Source: Macrostomum lignano
Lineage: Eukaryota
Length of the DNA stretch: 64,000 bases
Direction of reading: 5' to 3'
Assembly: GCA_002269645.1 (NCBI GenBank)
Contig: NIVC01000498.1
Span: 14,066-78,065 of the forward strand
A program made the position numbers and the translations under genes. The notes beneath the pieces are model-generated. The model saw only the letters and a list, made by a program, of their open reading frames with translations, made no database searches and was not told the origin of the DNA. This document shows positions 1-13,237 of the stretch, piece by piece (position 1 is the first letter of the stretch; each line of letters starts with the position of its first letter).

Positions 1-392
1 ATCGCGCGCTACGAGCTACGATGATCATCCTCTACGAGTGCTGCGAGTGCTAAGGGCGAACGGAATCAAGCAAATTATGAAGGATCATATACTACTAACC
101 TATTTCCTTCAGAAGAGCCAGTTTTTTATTATCTTCGCGTAAAATTAGCAGTGAGTCTAATATATCTTTTTATACACTGTTGCTTATACACTGCCTACAA
201 TCACCAGCAGAATACGCAAAAGGAGGCCTTTTAAACACGAGTGACGAGACGAACGTAAATGGTAACAAATTTTCTGCAGCTATTTAGCTTTTCCTGGTGA
301 TATCAGTGAATTTTTTTAGTCACGTACATAACATGTTCAGCTTCTCCGCTCATAGTCACCTTCCAGCGTCAAGTACTAACAATGCAGATTAG

Positions 393-1850
393 CTATGAAC
401 TGTATTGGCGTGTTTTGCACCATGCATTTGCATTTAAAATACTAAAGATTTTTCTATTGCTCATTGGCAGGTCTTTCTGGTATCTCAAATGGCTTTGAGT
501 TGATCCAACCTGAGCCGTTTTGGTGCATGATCCGATTGACCACCGACAGGGCAATTTAGCCAGTGCATAGAGTACTTTTCGTACTAAGGACGGCCAGAAC
601 CGCCACGGGGAGTCGTTATAGAAAAACTTCTTAATGGCATAATGATCAGAAAATAATAGAAAATTCAATTACGGACGACAAACTTACTAAAAGCATAAGA
701 CAACAATGTACCAACTTTTTATGAAGGAGAGGAACGGGCAAAGTACTGTCGGCATTGCTCGAAGACATTTGCTAAAATAATAATTGTGTGACATTTTTCA
801 GACATGAGCTCCAATAAACAAATTAAAAAACAATTTATCAATAGGAAAATAAGAAAATAAAGATAATTTTATCAATACGTAGATTATGTAGGCCCGACTT
901 TTTTACTTCGCCGACAGAATTTTTTGTTTCATAAACGTACATTTTCACGTTGGAAAGCCGAAAACAAAGTTCCGCGTCAGCATGTACAGACAGCATCAGC
1001 ATGTACAGATTCGCATGTTAGCATCCTGCTGTATAATTGTAGCAATCCTGAGCTCTGGACTCTACACAAGACGGACTGGCAAGCATGAAAAAAACAGTCA
1101 CTGAGCTGAGCGTGTGCAAATCCTCCGCTCAAAGCTCCAATGGCAGCAGCTTTAAAAATTAACATTATTCTAGGAGTATTCAACTGAAACAGCAGCCTCT
1201 TTAGTTCCTTAAATTGGCGGTCATGTATTCTACGGCTCTAATTTGGCAGCAAGGAAAAAGCAATTGGAAGCACTTTCCCAAGTACCTTTCCATGCATTGA
1301 GTACACATGTGCAGAAGGTTCAGGTGCTGTCCTTAAAGTACTGTCAACGAAAAGCTCTGCTGCTCGTTAAAGTAACTGGATTAGCCTGTGTTGCATAGGC
1401 GACAATACTATCGTTACCCGGTCCAGTATCTATGATCAGGAACTCCTCGCCATTTTCAAGCAGGGTGTTTCTTAGCCCTGAAAAGTCCGATCTCAAATTC
1501 TCTGAGATGGTAACAGCAGATTCATTTAACATGTCAGCAGTGGCAGCAGCAACGACCTATCTAGTCGATTCTGCAGTACCGGTTGCTCTATCCCTGACTC
1601 AGCAAAGCCTCCGAAGTCTCTTTTCGAATGATTTGGGAGCATGACTGTTCCGCTATGAGCTGAATGAGCGCACCATTAGTCACTCGAATCTGACCACGAC
1701 AATACAACCGCTCATTAACCACAAGTCCAAGATGACTGCCCAGGCTCCTGCAGATCCCTCTCTTTAGCATACTATGTAACAGCCTTTGTGCTTCAGCTTT
1801 GTACGGCCTCTCTGAGTTAGCAGCTCCATCAACAAATTGGCCTTTATGTG
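393..1850 (-). pseudogene. Decayed Mutator/MULE-type DNA transposase (FLYWCH-like N-terminus, MULE catalytic domain)
   Basis: Joining minus-strand frames gives EEFLIIDTG..IVAYAT..HVYSMHGKVLGKVLPIAFSLLPN and LNTPRIMLIFKAAAIGALSGGFAHAQLSDCFFHACQSVLCRVQSSGL, matching the MULE pattern (YTIH..P..LLP; DFE.AAI; C.FH..Q...VQ..GL). Multiple stops and frameshifts. Confidence 0.7.
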
Positions 1851-2699
1851 CTGGCAGTAATATACTAGTATATTACTTATCTGTACATGGAGATATTAAT
1901 TTCAATGCTGATTCACTTATAGCAAAAACTATTTTAGTCTTCTTAATTAGTTTACGATGAAAATAGAAAAAAATTTAAAATGTGTTTTTACAAAAATTCA
2001 ACAATTAGACTTTATTGACAGTCGTCCCGTTTACTATAGCATACTTGTAACCCACATCAAAGTATGTAAATTTTAAAGCAATGCTAAAACGCTTCAGTAA
2101 AAGTGCACATTTTAATACACAATGCTATAATTCACATCAGCCTGACATTGGACATCAAATAACTGTGAACCATCGGCTAGATCCTACTGTAAAAATACAT
2201 GTAAATGTTTTGGCATTATCCACCAACGCACAGAAAGGAAGCAGAAAACTAAATACATGTACAGAATGGAAAAAACCTTAACTACACGTAAAACTGCCTA
2301 CTCGCATAACTGCGCATATCCGCTAATGCCCATCTAAAAAGGCCTTCATTAAGTTTCAGCTTGATTGTTTGATTCAGTTAGCAAAGTGTTTCTCTGCTAA
2401 CAGTAATATCTTGTGCTCTTAGCAGTTGATAAATCCACCATTCCTTCAAAAATTGAGTACGGGTCTACGAAAGATGCCAGAAAAGTGTATGTAGCAGTTG
2501 TGCATGTAGCTAAGTGGGCGATGGTGGGAAGAAGTGAAAAAGTGAAAACCGAAGCGCATACATGTACAGTAGTAGGACGTACACGCACGGTAATTTTTTT
2601 CAACTCATTTTTACGAAAGGACAACGCTTTAAAACGTACATGTATTCTGTACACTAATAGACACTTCGCCACTGCTACGCCTGACAGAAGAATCAGCAA

Positions 2700-2960
2700 A
2701 AAAACTGCAAACGGTGGTCACGGCGCCGTCGGTCATAGAAATGCCGCTATTGCGGCCACCGCCGCCGCTAGTCACGGAACTGTTGCCGCCGGCCATTGAA
2801 ATACCGCTATTGCGTCCGCCGCCGGTCATGGAAATGCCGCTGTTGTGGCCACCGCCGCCGGTCATGTAAATGCTGTTATTGGGGCCAACGCCGCTGCCGC
2901 CGGTCACGGAACTGTTGCCATGGAAAAGGCGCTATTTCGGCCGCTGTCGCCGCCGCTATC
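2700..2960 (-). repeat. Degenerate GC-rich minisatellite (about 33-39 bp units) reading as Gly/Ser-rich MTGGG(G)RNSGIS repeats
   Basis: Repeated gaaatgccgctattgc/ggccaccgccgcc units; ORF 2629..2907 shows the peptide repeats. Confidence 0.6.
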
Positions 2961-3239
2961 GCTGGTCACGAGTAGGCCGTCATCTCGGTCACTGCTGCTT
3001 ATGGTTGCTATAGTTTCCATTTGTTCCACTGGGGTGCGCAGTAAATACAATTTCATGGCGACTTTCTCAAATGTCTATCAGCTGCTTTGAAGTAAGCTTT
3101 TTGGCGTGTGGTCCTTTGGAATGCCAACGCGCTGCCTCTACGATCTCTTTCCAACTTCGAATCTTGGATTGGTCTTCGTTACTACAAAATTTTTTATGCT
3201 ATTGTAGCCCGCAAACATGCGGCAACACAAATACATATT

Positions 3240-4120
3240 GTGTATCTTGGCTCGCATGCCCAGCTGCTTGAGTCACACACATCGACTCGTAGCGTTCCTC
3301 GCTAGACAGCACCTCTTTCAAACAACTGTCAGAACGGAGGCGTGGTGGTAGCAAATTTTCTCTTTAGAGCAGTTCAGCGCAACCACTTGGCTATACTCTT
3401 GAACCTACCCCTTAAATTTCCAGGGTGTCGCCCACGGTCCAGTCATTCACCCGAGCCGAGCTGTTTTGCCCAGAATCTGTAGGACACATAGGATGTTGAG
3501 TCGTCGACCAGCGTTATTTTGGCCAAGTTGACGGGGGGTTCTTTTTTTCAGGAATTCCTTAGGTGGTTCGATGCTCTCGATTACACCTCCGAGGTCAACC
3601 TTTCTGTTTAAGCAGCGAGAAAGTGCACAGTAAACTGCATCGGTAATGAAAAATTCGATGTATTTTATAACACTTTTTCATGGCAACGGCAGACATGGCA
3701 ACGGCAGACAGGTTGCCGTTTTTTATAAACCACACTGGCTGATTGAGGCTCGCTCTTTTGGGTCGCCATGAATATCGTTTTCTTGTCTACTGGCGAAGTT
3801 ATCTCGAACTCGTTGTCAGTGCAATTGTAGGTCGGATTCGCAGACTTCACCCAACCGCCAAACGATCGTACAGCAGTTGAATCTTGGAACATGTGGTGAT
3901 TTTTCAAGTCGCGACCAAAAACGCTGATCCGAACTTCCTCTGCTCACCAAAACGAAGGAAAACACTTAGGCGTTTCATTTGGCGTTGGTGTAACTTGAGC
4001 TCCTTTACTCGTGACATCAGGCCGATTACAGCACCATCCATCAAGCCGGGTACAAGAGCTGCAGTAGGCAGGCAGTATCCGGCAGAAGCTAAGCAGAATG
4101 TCAGCAGTTCGAGTCTGCAT
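3240..4120 (-). pseudogene. RPA70-like OB-fold ssDNA-binding gene, copy A (decayed, intron near 3610-3665)
   Basis: AALVPGLMDGAVIGL(V)SRV..., VRSFGGWVKSANPTYNCTDNEFEI, then after the acceptor cttaaacag KVDLGGVIESIEPP..VNLAKITLVDDS..RFW. Collinear with copies at 31.3 kb and 34.5 kb. Confidence 0.7.
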
Positions 4121-4599
4121 TGAAGCAAAGAATTTATCTTTGTAACCTGTGACAATAATGATTGTATCCTATGCAGATTCATGGAGATGGTAAACATTTA
4201 AATTTAAAGATACTTTTGCTGGGAGCTGCGTTAGTCTTCTAGAGGGTAATACCCTTTGCAAAGAGTATTACTAATCTGGGTGAGCAGTGCTAATCTGACG
4301 TACAATGGAGTAATAAATATGCTAGAGGATTGCAAATCAAATTTGAACTGCAAATCGCAAACATTTCAAATGCTTTCGATTATTGAGTAGCATATGGAGA
4401 TCAGTGGCCATCTGCTCGCAGATTTTGCGGAACAGTGCTGGTGAACCATTGCTAAACTGCTGGTAAAGCATTGCTAAAGTGATGGTGAACCACTCTAATT
4501 TTTTTATAAATGCTACTTTAAACAGAAGAAAACTCAAGGCAAGAAAAAGCAAAAAAAAATCACCATGTCAACCATAAAAGAAGCGGTCTGTCGAGCATG

Positions 4600-5426
4600 A
4601 AATACTCAATGGGAATTGCTAAGATGTCAGGGCTGGTATGGGAAATTGCTTTGATGTCAAGGCTCATAGGAGAATTTCTATGATCTCTAGGCTTAGGGGG
4701 GAATTGCTATAATGATGTGATTCTGGGGAGAATTGCTTGGGTTCAAAGTTTCATTTGTGAAATTGCTGAGTTATAAAGGAGTGCTGAAATGCTGTGACTC
4801 GGCTGCAGGTTAAGGTTATGGTTAGAGCTCAATTATAGAGCGATCGTCGTGTCAGTCAATAATGATTCATCGAGGAATTGCTAAGATTAAAGGCTCTTGG
4901 GGCGAATTACTTCAATGATTTGGCTCTTCGGGGAATTGCTCACAGGTCAAGGCTTTCGGTGAAATTTAGATTTCAAAGTTTATGAGGAAGTTACTTTATT
5001 GCTGAGGCTCAAGGCTCCTGGGGCAAATTGCTAACATACCAAGGCTCACTTATGAGTCAGGGTTACGGGCTTACGGTCAGTTTGGCTCAATCATGGAATA
5101 GAATAACCGCTCTGTCAACCATTAATCAGACTTGCTAAGATGGGAATTGCTAAGATATCAAGGCTCATGGGGGGATCACTGAGTCTACAAGGCTCATAAA
5201 GAAATTGCTGAGAAATCAAGGCTCACCAGGGGATTGCTGAATTCTGGAGGAGGGGAGTTGGGTTGCTGGGATGTCAAGGCTTACTGGACTGGGAGAATTG
5301 CGTAGATGTCAAGGCTCGACTTTAATTGCTGCGATATTGATGCTTACTGAGGGAATTTCCGAGATGTCAAGGGTCGAGTTTAATTGCTGCGATATTGATG
5401 CTTACTAAGGGAATTTCTAAGATTGA
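4600..5426. repeat. Degenerate about 24-bp tandem repeat (ggaattgctaagatgtcaaggctc-like), same family as 55860-56760
   Basis: Recurrent gaattgct/gtcaaggctc motifs; a roughly 58-bp tandem duplication at about 5303-5420. Confidence 0.6.
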
Positions 5427-6270
5427 TGTAACCACGCTCTGGTCGCGGGATAGGGCAGGGGAACTTTTTCGAAAGTGCCTCCTATCGCCGTGCACCCCCT
5501 GCACAGAGCTGTTGAGACTCGGCCAGGTCTTCGACCAGGCCTGGAGACTCCCGCTCTGCTGCACCCCCTGCTGCCTTGGCTCCGTCTCCCCTGCCGCCAC
5601 ACTTGCCTTTCCGGAGCTCCCCCTCCCTCTTTGTACTTCCCCCTCTACCCTATCTCCTCTGCGCTCCGCCCTATTCTTCGTGTACTTTTCCTGTCTCCCC
5701 TCTTTTTGCCCCTTTTCGCACTATTTTCCTGCGCTGTCCCCCCTTTCTCTGCGTCTACTTACAGTATTTTGTGCGCTCACCGTCACCCCATCCCTTCTTA
5801 AACTCCCAAACGGTGACGCAAGTTGTGTGACCCCTTCTTCCCCTCGATGACTCATCGATAACTCATCCCCCTCCCTTGCGCAACCTTTTCTCATGCTATT
5901 GTTCTCCTCCCCAAATTTCTCATACGACACCCACCCCACCTCCGCTTCTATTGTTCTCGTTTTTTATTCTTTTGTCCTCTTTACCCCCACCAATTATCAC
6001 ATTTTCTCCGATTTTCTCTTTCTATTGTTCTCGTTTTCGCACCTAATTATCACCTTTTCTCCAATGTTTGCTTTTATATTGTTCTCGATTCTCCCCAATT
6101 ATCCCCGAATTCCAATTCCTTTGTTCTCGACCCCAGCCCCATTGTTCTCAATGTTTGCTTGCGCAACACTTTCTCGGCCTCCCGCTGCGCCAATTATCCC
6201 CCACCCCACCTCCGGATTGCGCAATTCTCCCATTTCTCATGTTGCTATGCCGTTTTCGTGCTTCTCATCA

Positions 6271-6361
6271 TGACTCATTCTGACGTCATTCTGCCGGCAG
6301 CCAATCAGAAAGAGAGAGTCATGGAAACGACCTTGGAGCGGCGGCTGGGAAGGCTATATAA
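6271..6361 (+). promoter_or_regulatory. Pol II promoter cluster: AP-1 TGACTCA, CRE TGACGTCA, CCAAT, TATATAA
   Basis: Motifs read directly at 6271, 6281, 6301 and 6355 in canonical order. Confidence 0.6.
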
Positions 6362-6653
6362 GGAAGCGGTTTTCGGCATGAGAATCCTCAGATGGGTTCC
6401 TTCTCGTCCTACTGTGGACTTGCTGTCAGACCTTGATCTGACCAGGTTCGTCTATAGGACGAACCTCTTCCGGTCCGCGGTCTGATACCGCCAAGTTACC
6501 TTTGCTCCTCAAGTGAGCTCGCCTATCGGCCAGCGGTCTGATACCGCCCAGCATCATCAGCATCGCCTGATCTACATCAGCGCCTCGTCGCTTCAGTGCA
6601 TCGCCGCTTCACTGTCTGCCTATCTACAGCCTACAGCCGTCCCGGTCACTCCA

Positions 6654-6656
<3 letters not shown>

Positions 6657-6726
<70 letters not shown>
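6657..6726. repeat. (CT)n microsatellite
   Basis: Perfect dinucleotide run. Confidence 0.95.
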
Positions 6727-6730
<4 letters not shown>

Positions 6731-8379
6731 AGCTGCCGGTAAGTCCTCATTACTAATTTGTGCTCTATTGCCTTTGCTTATCCGGGATTTGCCTATTTTT
6801 CCATTGCTTGATTAGAGGGCTGAGCCAATTGTGATACCGTATCTCTTGCTGTATTTTACTCAATAGTGAAGCCGCCTAATTGCCTGACTATTTGCCTAAG
6901 GGCCTAATTATTAACTATTAACTAACCTCATCATTCACTCTTTCACCACCATTTCACTCATGGCTTGCTAAGCCTTTCTCCCGGGGTGGCGAAGCATAAG
7001 GAAGTTTGGGTAAGCTAATGGCCTCTCCCCGTGCAAAGCCCGCCTGTGAGTGCGTGCTGTGAGGTCGTGTAGTACGCGCAGTAGAGGGATTAGCGAGTCT
7101 TGGCACAGAACGGCAGTAGGAAGGTTACAACCCCATGCTAACGCGTCCCTTCGCCCTGAGCAATCTAAACTATAGACAGTACATGTTCACCTCATACTAC
7201 TCTCAGTAATCAAAGTCGCAAGTCAGCCTCGCTCACAGTCACAAAGGATCCCCTGCTAAGAAATCCTCCAGATTGAGCCCTGAGTTCCCGAACATGCCCC
7301 AAGCAGAGTCCCTGTACTCGGCTGCATGTGTCTCCCCTGTTAGCCTAAATCTCCTGGTAACCATCCCAGGCGGGGCTCTAGCCTCGTGAGGTCTGGTAGT
7401 AAGATCCAGGTGCGCCAGGTCACATAGAGTGGTGGCAGCCACTCGGTCATACTATGACCGAGTGACCAACTATTGCACCTTGGCTACAGGTGGGGTCCAT
7501 GTGGGTCCTTGGCCCTCTGGTCACGAAGCGCTACCAAAGCTATCAATTATGTGGGCGGGACAGTCTGATGTTGGAGGTCCGTCAGGTCATTGCCCGGTCA
7601 TAGGCAGCCTACGGTCATTGCCCCCACTAGTCATGCGTTCGTCTCTCTACGGAGCGGACAGGCGACAAAGGCGGTTACATCGAAATGGTGGCAGCGGTGG
7701 GATCTGGTGCAAACAGCGCTGCATTTCGGACTGGTGGTTTAGATGTGACAAGCACACCTGTGGCATCCCTCAGAATGGTGGCCGAAGCGCAAAGAGTGCC
7801 ATGTCTAAATCCATCAATTATAAAAATCGCCGAGCGTCATTCTCTTCTTCCATGTCGTGAGGCAACAAAAACCCAAAAATATTAATGTAATGTTTCAAAC
7901 TTTTTCGGGCTGCGAATTCGTTCAATTCGTTCAAGTTCAAAATTCATTCATTCGCAGAAAGCCCGTGATTCAATTTAAAATTAAGTTTGCCGATCAGTTT
8001 CAGCGCTAGAAAGTGTGAAGTGGTAGACGAGCGGATTTGATTTCAATCAGAATAGCTACCTGGTAACGGAGTGTGTGAAGAACTGCGAAAGTGAGTTTTC
8101 CGGACTCACTTTCTATTTTACGGTAATATGCTTTATTTCCCCTCCCTTTCTTTCTCTCGCCTAGCCTACAGCGGAACTGTGTGAGTGTTGAGGTGGACAG
8201 CCAGCCAGGTACGGAAGCCTCATCACGCAAGCACAGGGAAGCTGGAAGCGAAGCATTTTTTTTTCATTGTCCTACCTCTTTCTTTTACTCGGGGGAGTGT
8301 AACAGTCGCTCTCCCTGATCGCTCAGTTAATCCTAGAAATGCGTAGAGACCGGAGCGTGTTTTGTTTGTCCATTAGAAT

Positions 8380-9690
8380 GAACAGCTATCAAGGGCTATG
8401 GAGAATTCGCTATATATGCAAAGTAAGGGAAGCAGTAGACATGGCCTTGGAAACATTGGGGGATATCAAAGTCTCGCAGGAATGGGAATAGCGGTGTGAT
8501 TGTATCTGTGGGATATCAGTGTGTCACCTCCTATGGAATACCTGCGATCAGCCCGGACCTGGATTCTGCGGTAACCTCTGGTGCCTTCATGGCTGGGATT
8601 CGATCCCAACATATCTGCTGACTCTCCCCACTACATTGCAGACCCGGTAGTAACTGCTTTGGTTGCATTTGGGCTGGTGTAGTGGCTAGAAATAGTAGAT
8701 CCCATAGTTTCCTATTGGTAGTGGAGTTCAGTGAGTATTGGAATGGTGTACTGGAAGTCTGGTGGTCCCCAGTGATCTCGTAATTTTTCCTGCTGCATTC
8801 TCCTTAAATAATTTCTTCCCCCTGCCGTCAGTCTGATCGGGGAGGTGGGTGTGCCAATCAGCCCGACCCGGTAGAACGGCGCTCCTGCCCGACTTGTCAG
8901 CCTGGTCCAGGAAGGCGCTATTGCGCCACTCTTCCCCTTTTGGCCACTGCAGCCCACTAAGTGCTTAGACGCAGGGCTGCATACAGTCCTCTAATTTAAG
9001 GCCCCGGTACATAGAGTGCCACCCCAGTGCCCCGCAAGGTCAATAAGACGTTGACGTCTCCGGCAACTTGGAATAACCTAGATGGAGGTACCGCTGTCTC
9101 CTGGTAGAACCGGGCGTTCAAGTACAGTAAAGTGGAGAGGCTGACAACTGTAAGACTTTCTCCGCCATCAGATAAAGGTCCCAAGTATGCTATTTCGAGC
9201 TGCAGCAAAGGTGGAGTATCGGAGGGACAAGCATTTCAGGAAGATACTCATTTAGATCTGTTTATCTTAGGAAAGCGGGCGAGGGTTTCAGGCTTGTAAT
9301 CCGCCTAACCTGAAAACTTCGGGGACAGTTTAGTCTGGACTCCCGCTGCGCGCCTTCGCTCTGAACAGAAAGAGGAGATTTTGGTTTTTGTGGATTCTGC
9401 TAGACGTAGGGGAGTTGGATTCCCGCCTTTTGTGAAGCCGCGTGTACAAGATTGGTAGTCCTGAGAGTAGAAGCCCCTCTGGGCGCTGACGGTTTTCCGG
9501 TTGTGCAAGGGCAATAAAGTGGGAGGATCTTCATGGAAATTGCTCCCGCCACTTGGGTTTTTGGGTCCAGGCGCCAACGCTTCTTCGTAGTGGCTTTCTT
9601 AAGGAAATGGGGTCCGGCGTGCAACCCTAGGGGAGAATTTGTACAGGTGCCGTAAGTCCGTTTACGGTCGGCATTTGGGTTCCTTAGCAT
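8380..9690 (-). pseudogene. Decayed antisense reading frame of unknown function between the putative LTR and gag
   Basis: Chained ORFs 9690-9400, 9577-9305, 9208-8996 and 8957-8712; the last frame continues to about 8380 through isolated stops. No family recognised. Confidence 0.35.
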
Positions 9691-10125
9691 GGCCGCAAAA
9701 TGAAGGTCAAGTCTCTCTGAATAGCTAATTTTTCCCTGTCAGGATGTGCCATAGACAATTGGTAGTGGTAGCCGCAGTTTTGAGTTTGTGTGCTTTGCCG
9801 AGTGAAGCCGTTAGGACTGCCTAGATGGAATTATGTGGAGCCACCCGTTTTTCAATTTATTCTCTTCGACGCCGCAAGTGTGAGAGTTTTGTCTGTATTT
9901 GTGTGTGTGTGTGTGTCAGTGTGTTTTTGGTCAACTTTTTCGGGTGTTTACCTGTAGTTGCCCCGGTTTTCTTTTCTTTCCCGGTAGTGGGTACTCCCCC
10001 AGATATCCGGCATTCACACGTCACGGGCGCGTGGAGATAGGGTCGTAGAAGCTGTGTGCGCAGACGCCCCTGGTCAACCACCTTCGGCCGCTGACACCCC
10101 AGCAGTTGCCGCCCCCGCAGCCGCA

Positions 10126-11280
10126 ATGGCCGCAGCCGCTGGTAACCAGGTCCCTCAGCCTCCAGAAGCAGTAGTAGTTAAGGAACCAGATGAAGGAGTA
10201 GCAGCTCCCGCTCCCAATCAGGGTGATGCAGCAGCCGCCGCTGCTCTCCCGGCCGCAGCCCAGAATTCTCCTTAGACAGTCCCGCAGCTAGGAGATTTAG
10301 TTGCTGCTATAGCCAATGCGTTTAACCAGCTAAACATGGGCCAAGAAGCTCAGAGGCCGAAGATCTACGAAGAGAAGTTCTCTCCCGGCGAACACTGTTT
10401 TGTGCAATAGGTAGAGAGGATGATCTACAAGCTGGACGCAGAGAGAAGTGTAGGAGACCAGGCTAGGAAGCAGGTACTTATCTCCCACCTTCCAGGTGAA
10501 TTTTAGAACCTAGCCTTAGGTTTAGACGGGCAATTGTCATTTGAGCAGTTCGTAGCAAGATTAGGAGGACAGTTAGGCGAGGCCAACACTGACCTGGCTA
10601 AGAGAAATAAGCTGAAGAATCTGAGCCAGAAACCAGGCCAATCACATAGTGCTTTTGCCGCTATGATCAGATCTCAGATAACGGCCATGTTTCCTCAGAT
10701 TCAGGGTGAGCAGAGAGAACAAGAGATCGTGTATACCTATTTGGAACACGCCAAGCTCCCTCGCCAGGTCAGAAAAGATCTGTTGAGCCGTCGCTGGCAG
10801 ACAATCGAGCAGGTTCTAGAACAGCAGCAAGCCCTGTTAGAGGCCGCCGACTTGGCTGGGAAATGGGACAGTAGTGGCCCACCCAAGTCTGAGTCCCGCG
10901 CTGAAGTCCGTCTGCAACCTCAGCAGCCGCCCAGGCCCCCTCGCAAGTGGTTCAGGATGGTGAACCAGGAATCTGACGAGACGAAGGAGGACGGTGACGG
11001 CCTATCAGAGATGCAGGAGAGGTTGGGCGCGCTAGAGCAAACGCAAAAGGATCTGCGAAATCAGCTGGTGCAGCTCAATAAAACCATAAGAGTGACAGCA
11101 GAGTCTGTTGCCCAGCTGCCCCAGCAGATGAGGCCTCCTCGCCCCGCCACTCCCAACAGGAACTGGAGGCAGGGACAGGGCGGTTCTAATAGCAATAGGA
11201 ACTGGCGCCAATCCCAGCCCCCGCCGCTTGCAATTCAGGAGGCGCCCACGCCGCAGGCGCCGGATGTGCGGCAGCAGCAA
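10126..11280 (+). pseudogene. Retrotransposon gag-like protein with three in-frame TAG stops, 3'-truncated
   Basis: MAAAAGNQ..LGDLVAAIANAFNQL..KQVLISHLPGEF..LSFEQFVARL..KLKNLSQKPGQSHSAFAAMIRSQ (retrotrans_gag-like Q.PG.S..F..RI motif) with a coiled-coil tail. Confidence 0.6.
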
Positions 11281-11289
11281 TTGCAGTTT

Positions 11290-12484
11290 CGTGCGTCACC
11301 CGATCGCCATATGAGGGCATCGACCTGGCTGTGCAGAATCTGCAGAGCATGATGACGTCAATGGGCGGTCTCAGTCTGCAAGAGTACGGACTGCCTGCCG
11401 CCTCCGCTATGCCGAAAGTCGGGCCGCTGCAGTTTGACACGGTCGAGCAGGCGGAGATCACCGAGATGCGACTGCTGCTTCCGGTGGTGAAAAATGGTAC
11501 CCGTGCCAACCATATCCTGGCGTGTGTGAGCAAGTCCCCGCTATGGTCTTTGTTCCGGAGGCACCGCCTTTCCAAGAACATCCGGCTGCAGAGCTTTGCA
11601 GATGCTGAGCTGTACCGTCGCTACATGCAGCTGCTCATGCAGGTAAGCTTTGTTCTTGTTCCTTCTAAAAGCAGAACACCTGTGCAGCTTGTGACTCTCG
11701 TAAATTTTCCTGCCCATCCACACAGATCGGCTCTGGGTCGGCTGATCAGTCGGACGACACCGTCTGCCTTCCTGCCGAGATTGTCATTCCGGCGGAGGCG
11801 TCGCTGTCCGAGCTGATCCAGTTTGTGTACCCTTCGTTCGAGGCGTCAGCGGAGCGCGACGGCTACTTTGCCAGCCGAGCAATCCTGGCGCCCTACAACG
11901 ATGCGGTTGACGCGATCAACAACGAGTGCCTGGCAATGTTTCCAGGCCAACTGCACGAGTATCGCTCAGTGGACAGCGTGGCTGACGAGGAAGCAGCAAC
12001 GCATTTTCCTCCGGAGCTGCTGAATCAGCTGGATGCTCCAAACTTTCCTACTCACCTGCTCAAGCTCAAGGTGGGCATGCCGCTGGTTCTGCTGCGGAAT
12101 CTGAATCCACCATGGCTGTGCAACGGCACCCGGCTGACTATCCTGGAGCTGGGCGTGAACGTGCTGCGCTGCAAAGTCGCTGCCGGCCAGTTCACTGGAG
12201 ATGAGATCCTGCTGCCGAGGATTCCGCTGGAGCCCAACAATGCTGACCTGCCAGTCTGCTTCAAGCGGCTGCAGTTCCCAGTCAAGCCGAGCTTCTGCCT
12301 GACGATTCACAAGTCGCAGGGCCAGTCACTCGACACCGTGGGCATCGACCTGGCTGTCGGCTGCTTTGCTCACGGCCAGCTGTACACGGCGCTTTCCCGG
12401 GCCAAGAACGTCGACAGCGTGCGCGTCCGAATCTTCGGTGAGAGAACGAAGAATGTCGTGTACCCTGAGGTGCTGACTGACTGA
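11290..12484 (+). pseudogene. Helitron Rep/helicase C-terminal fragment (PIF1-like) with an intron at about 11643-11724 and an internal deletion
   Basis: LLPVV, LKVGMPLVLLRNLNPPWLCNGTRL, RLQFPVKPSFCLTIHKSQGQSL, FAHGQLYTALSR, TKNVVYPEVL*. Confidence 0.92.
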
Positions 12485-13068
12485 ATCTGGGAATGCCAAA
12501 GCCGTCACAAGTACAGCCAACTGATATGTAAATGGTGTTTAACACCAAGGGCCCACGGAAAGCATATCAGTTTAAATCCTGTTACAGTGGCACCATTATC
12601 ATTCAAAATTTGGAAAGCACCATAGTTTTAGAAATTTTAGACTGATAATTAGCAGCCAATAGCTGAAGCAGATATAAAAAAGCTAGATAAAATAATAATG
12701 AGCTCTATAGTTAAATTCAGGCACAAACAGCAGCTTATCCTTAAAGCTAATACGAGCTGAGCACATTGTTGCTACACTTGCAAGTAGTGGCTTGATTAAA
12801 AAAATCTTTTTTACTTCAAATAATCAAATTTGTGCTTAGCGAACAAACTAAACTATAAACTGAAGCAATTCAGCTGTAAGAAAAGAATATTAACTACGAA
12901 GTTCTTTATTCTAGTTCCATTAAAGTGCACTCACAAATAAAAGTGCGAATTATAGTATACTTTAAATTTGAGCTCATGATTTCAAAGTTCAAAGTTTGAA
13001 AGATTAAAAGTTTAGACGTCTAGAAGCATTTCGTCGTCATCATCCTGAGCCGGCTGGACAGGCTGCCG

Positions 13069-13210
13069 CTGCTGCGGAGCCGGCTGCTGCTGCTGCTGCT
13101 GCGGAGCCGACTGGTACTGGTTCTGCTGCTGCTGCTGCTGCTGCGGAGCCGACTGGTACTGGTTCTGCTGCTGCTGCTGCTGCTGCGGAGCCGACTGGTA
13201 CTGGTTCTGC
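13069..13210. repeat. Minisatellite block 1: GGAGCCGACTGGTACTGGTTC(TGC)n, about 42-bp unit, 3 units
   Basis: Read directly. Confidence 0.95.
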
Positions 13211-13237
13211 TTCTTTTTCTTTTCTTTTTCTTTTTCT

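Larger units (their letters stand above)
5427..6960 (+). mobile_element. Putative LTR (TGTAAC start, pyrimidine-rich U3, promoter, CT microsatellite) of a Gypsy-like element
   Basis: Begins tgtaacc at 5427, has a promoter cluster and (CT)n, and lies upstream of a gag-like ORF. No second LTR is visible in the window. Confidence 0.45.

Noticed and set aside
5395-6815. Pro/Leu/Phe/Ser-rich ORFs
   Set aside because: Products of pyrimidine-rich LTR-like sequence and the CT microsatellite.
10270-10510. RIP-like hypermutation (all three gag stops are TAG)
   Set aside because: Three events are explained by ordinary CAG/TGG transitions and cannot be tested without a consensus.
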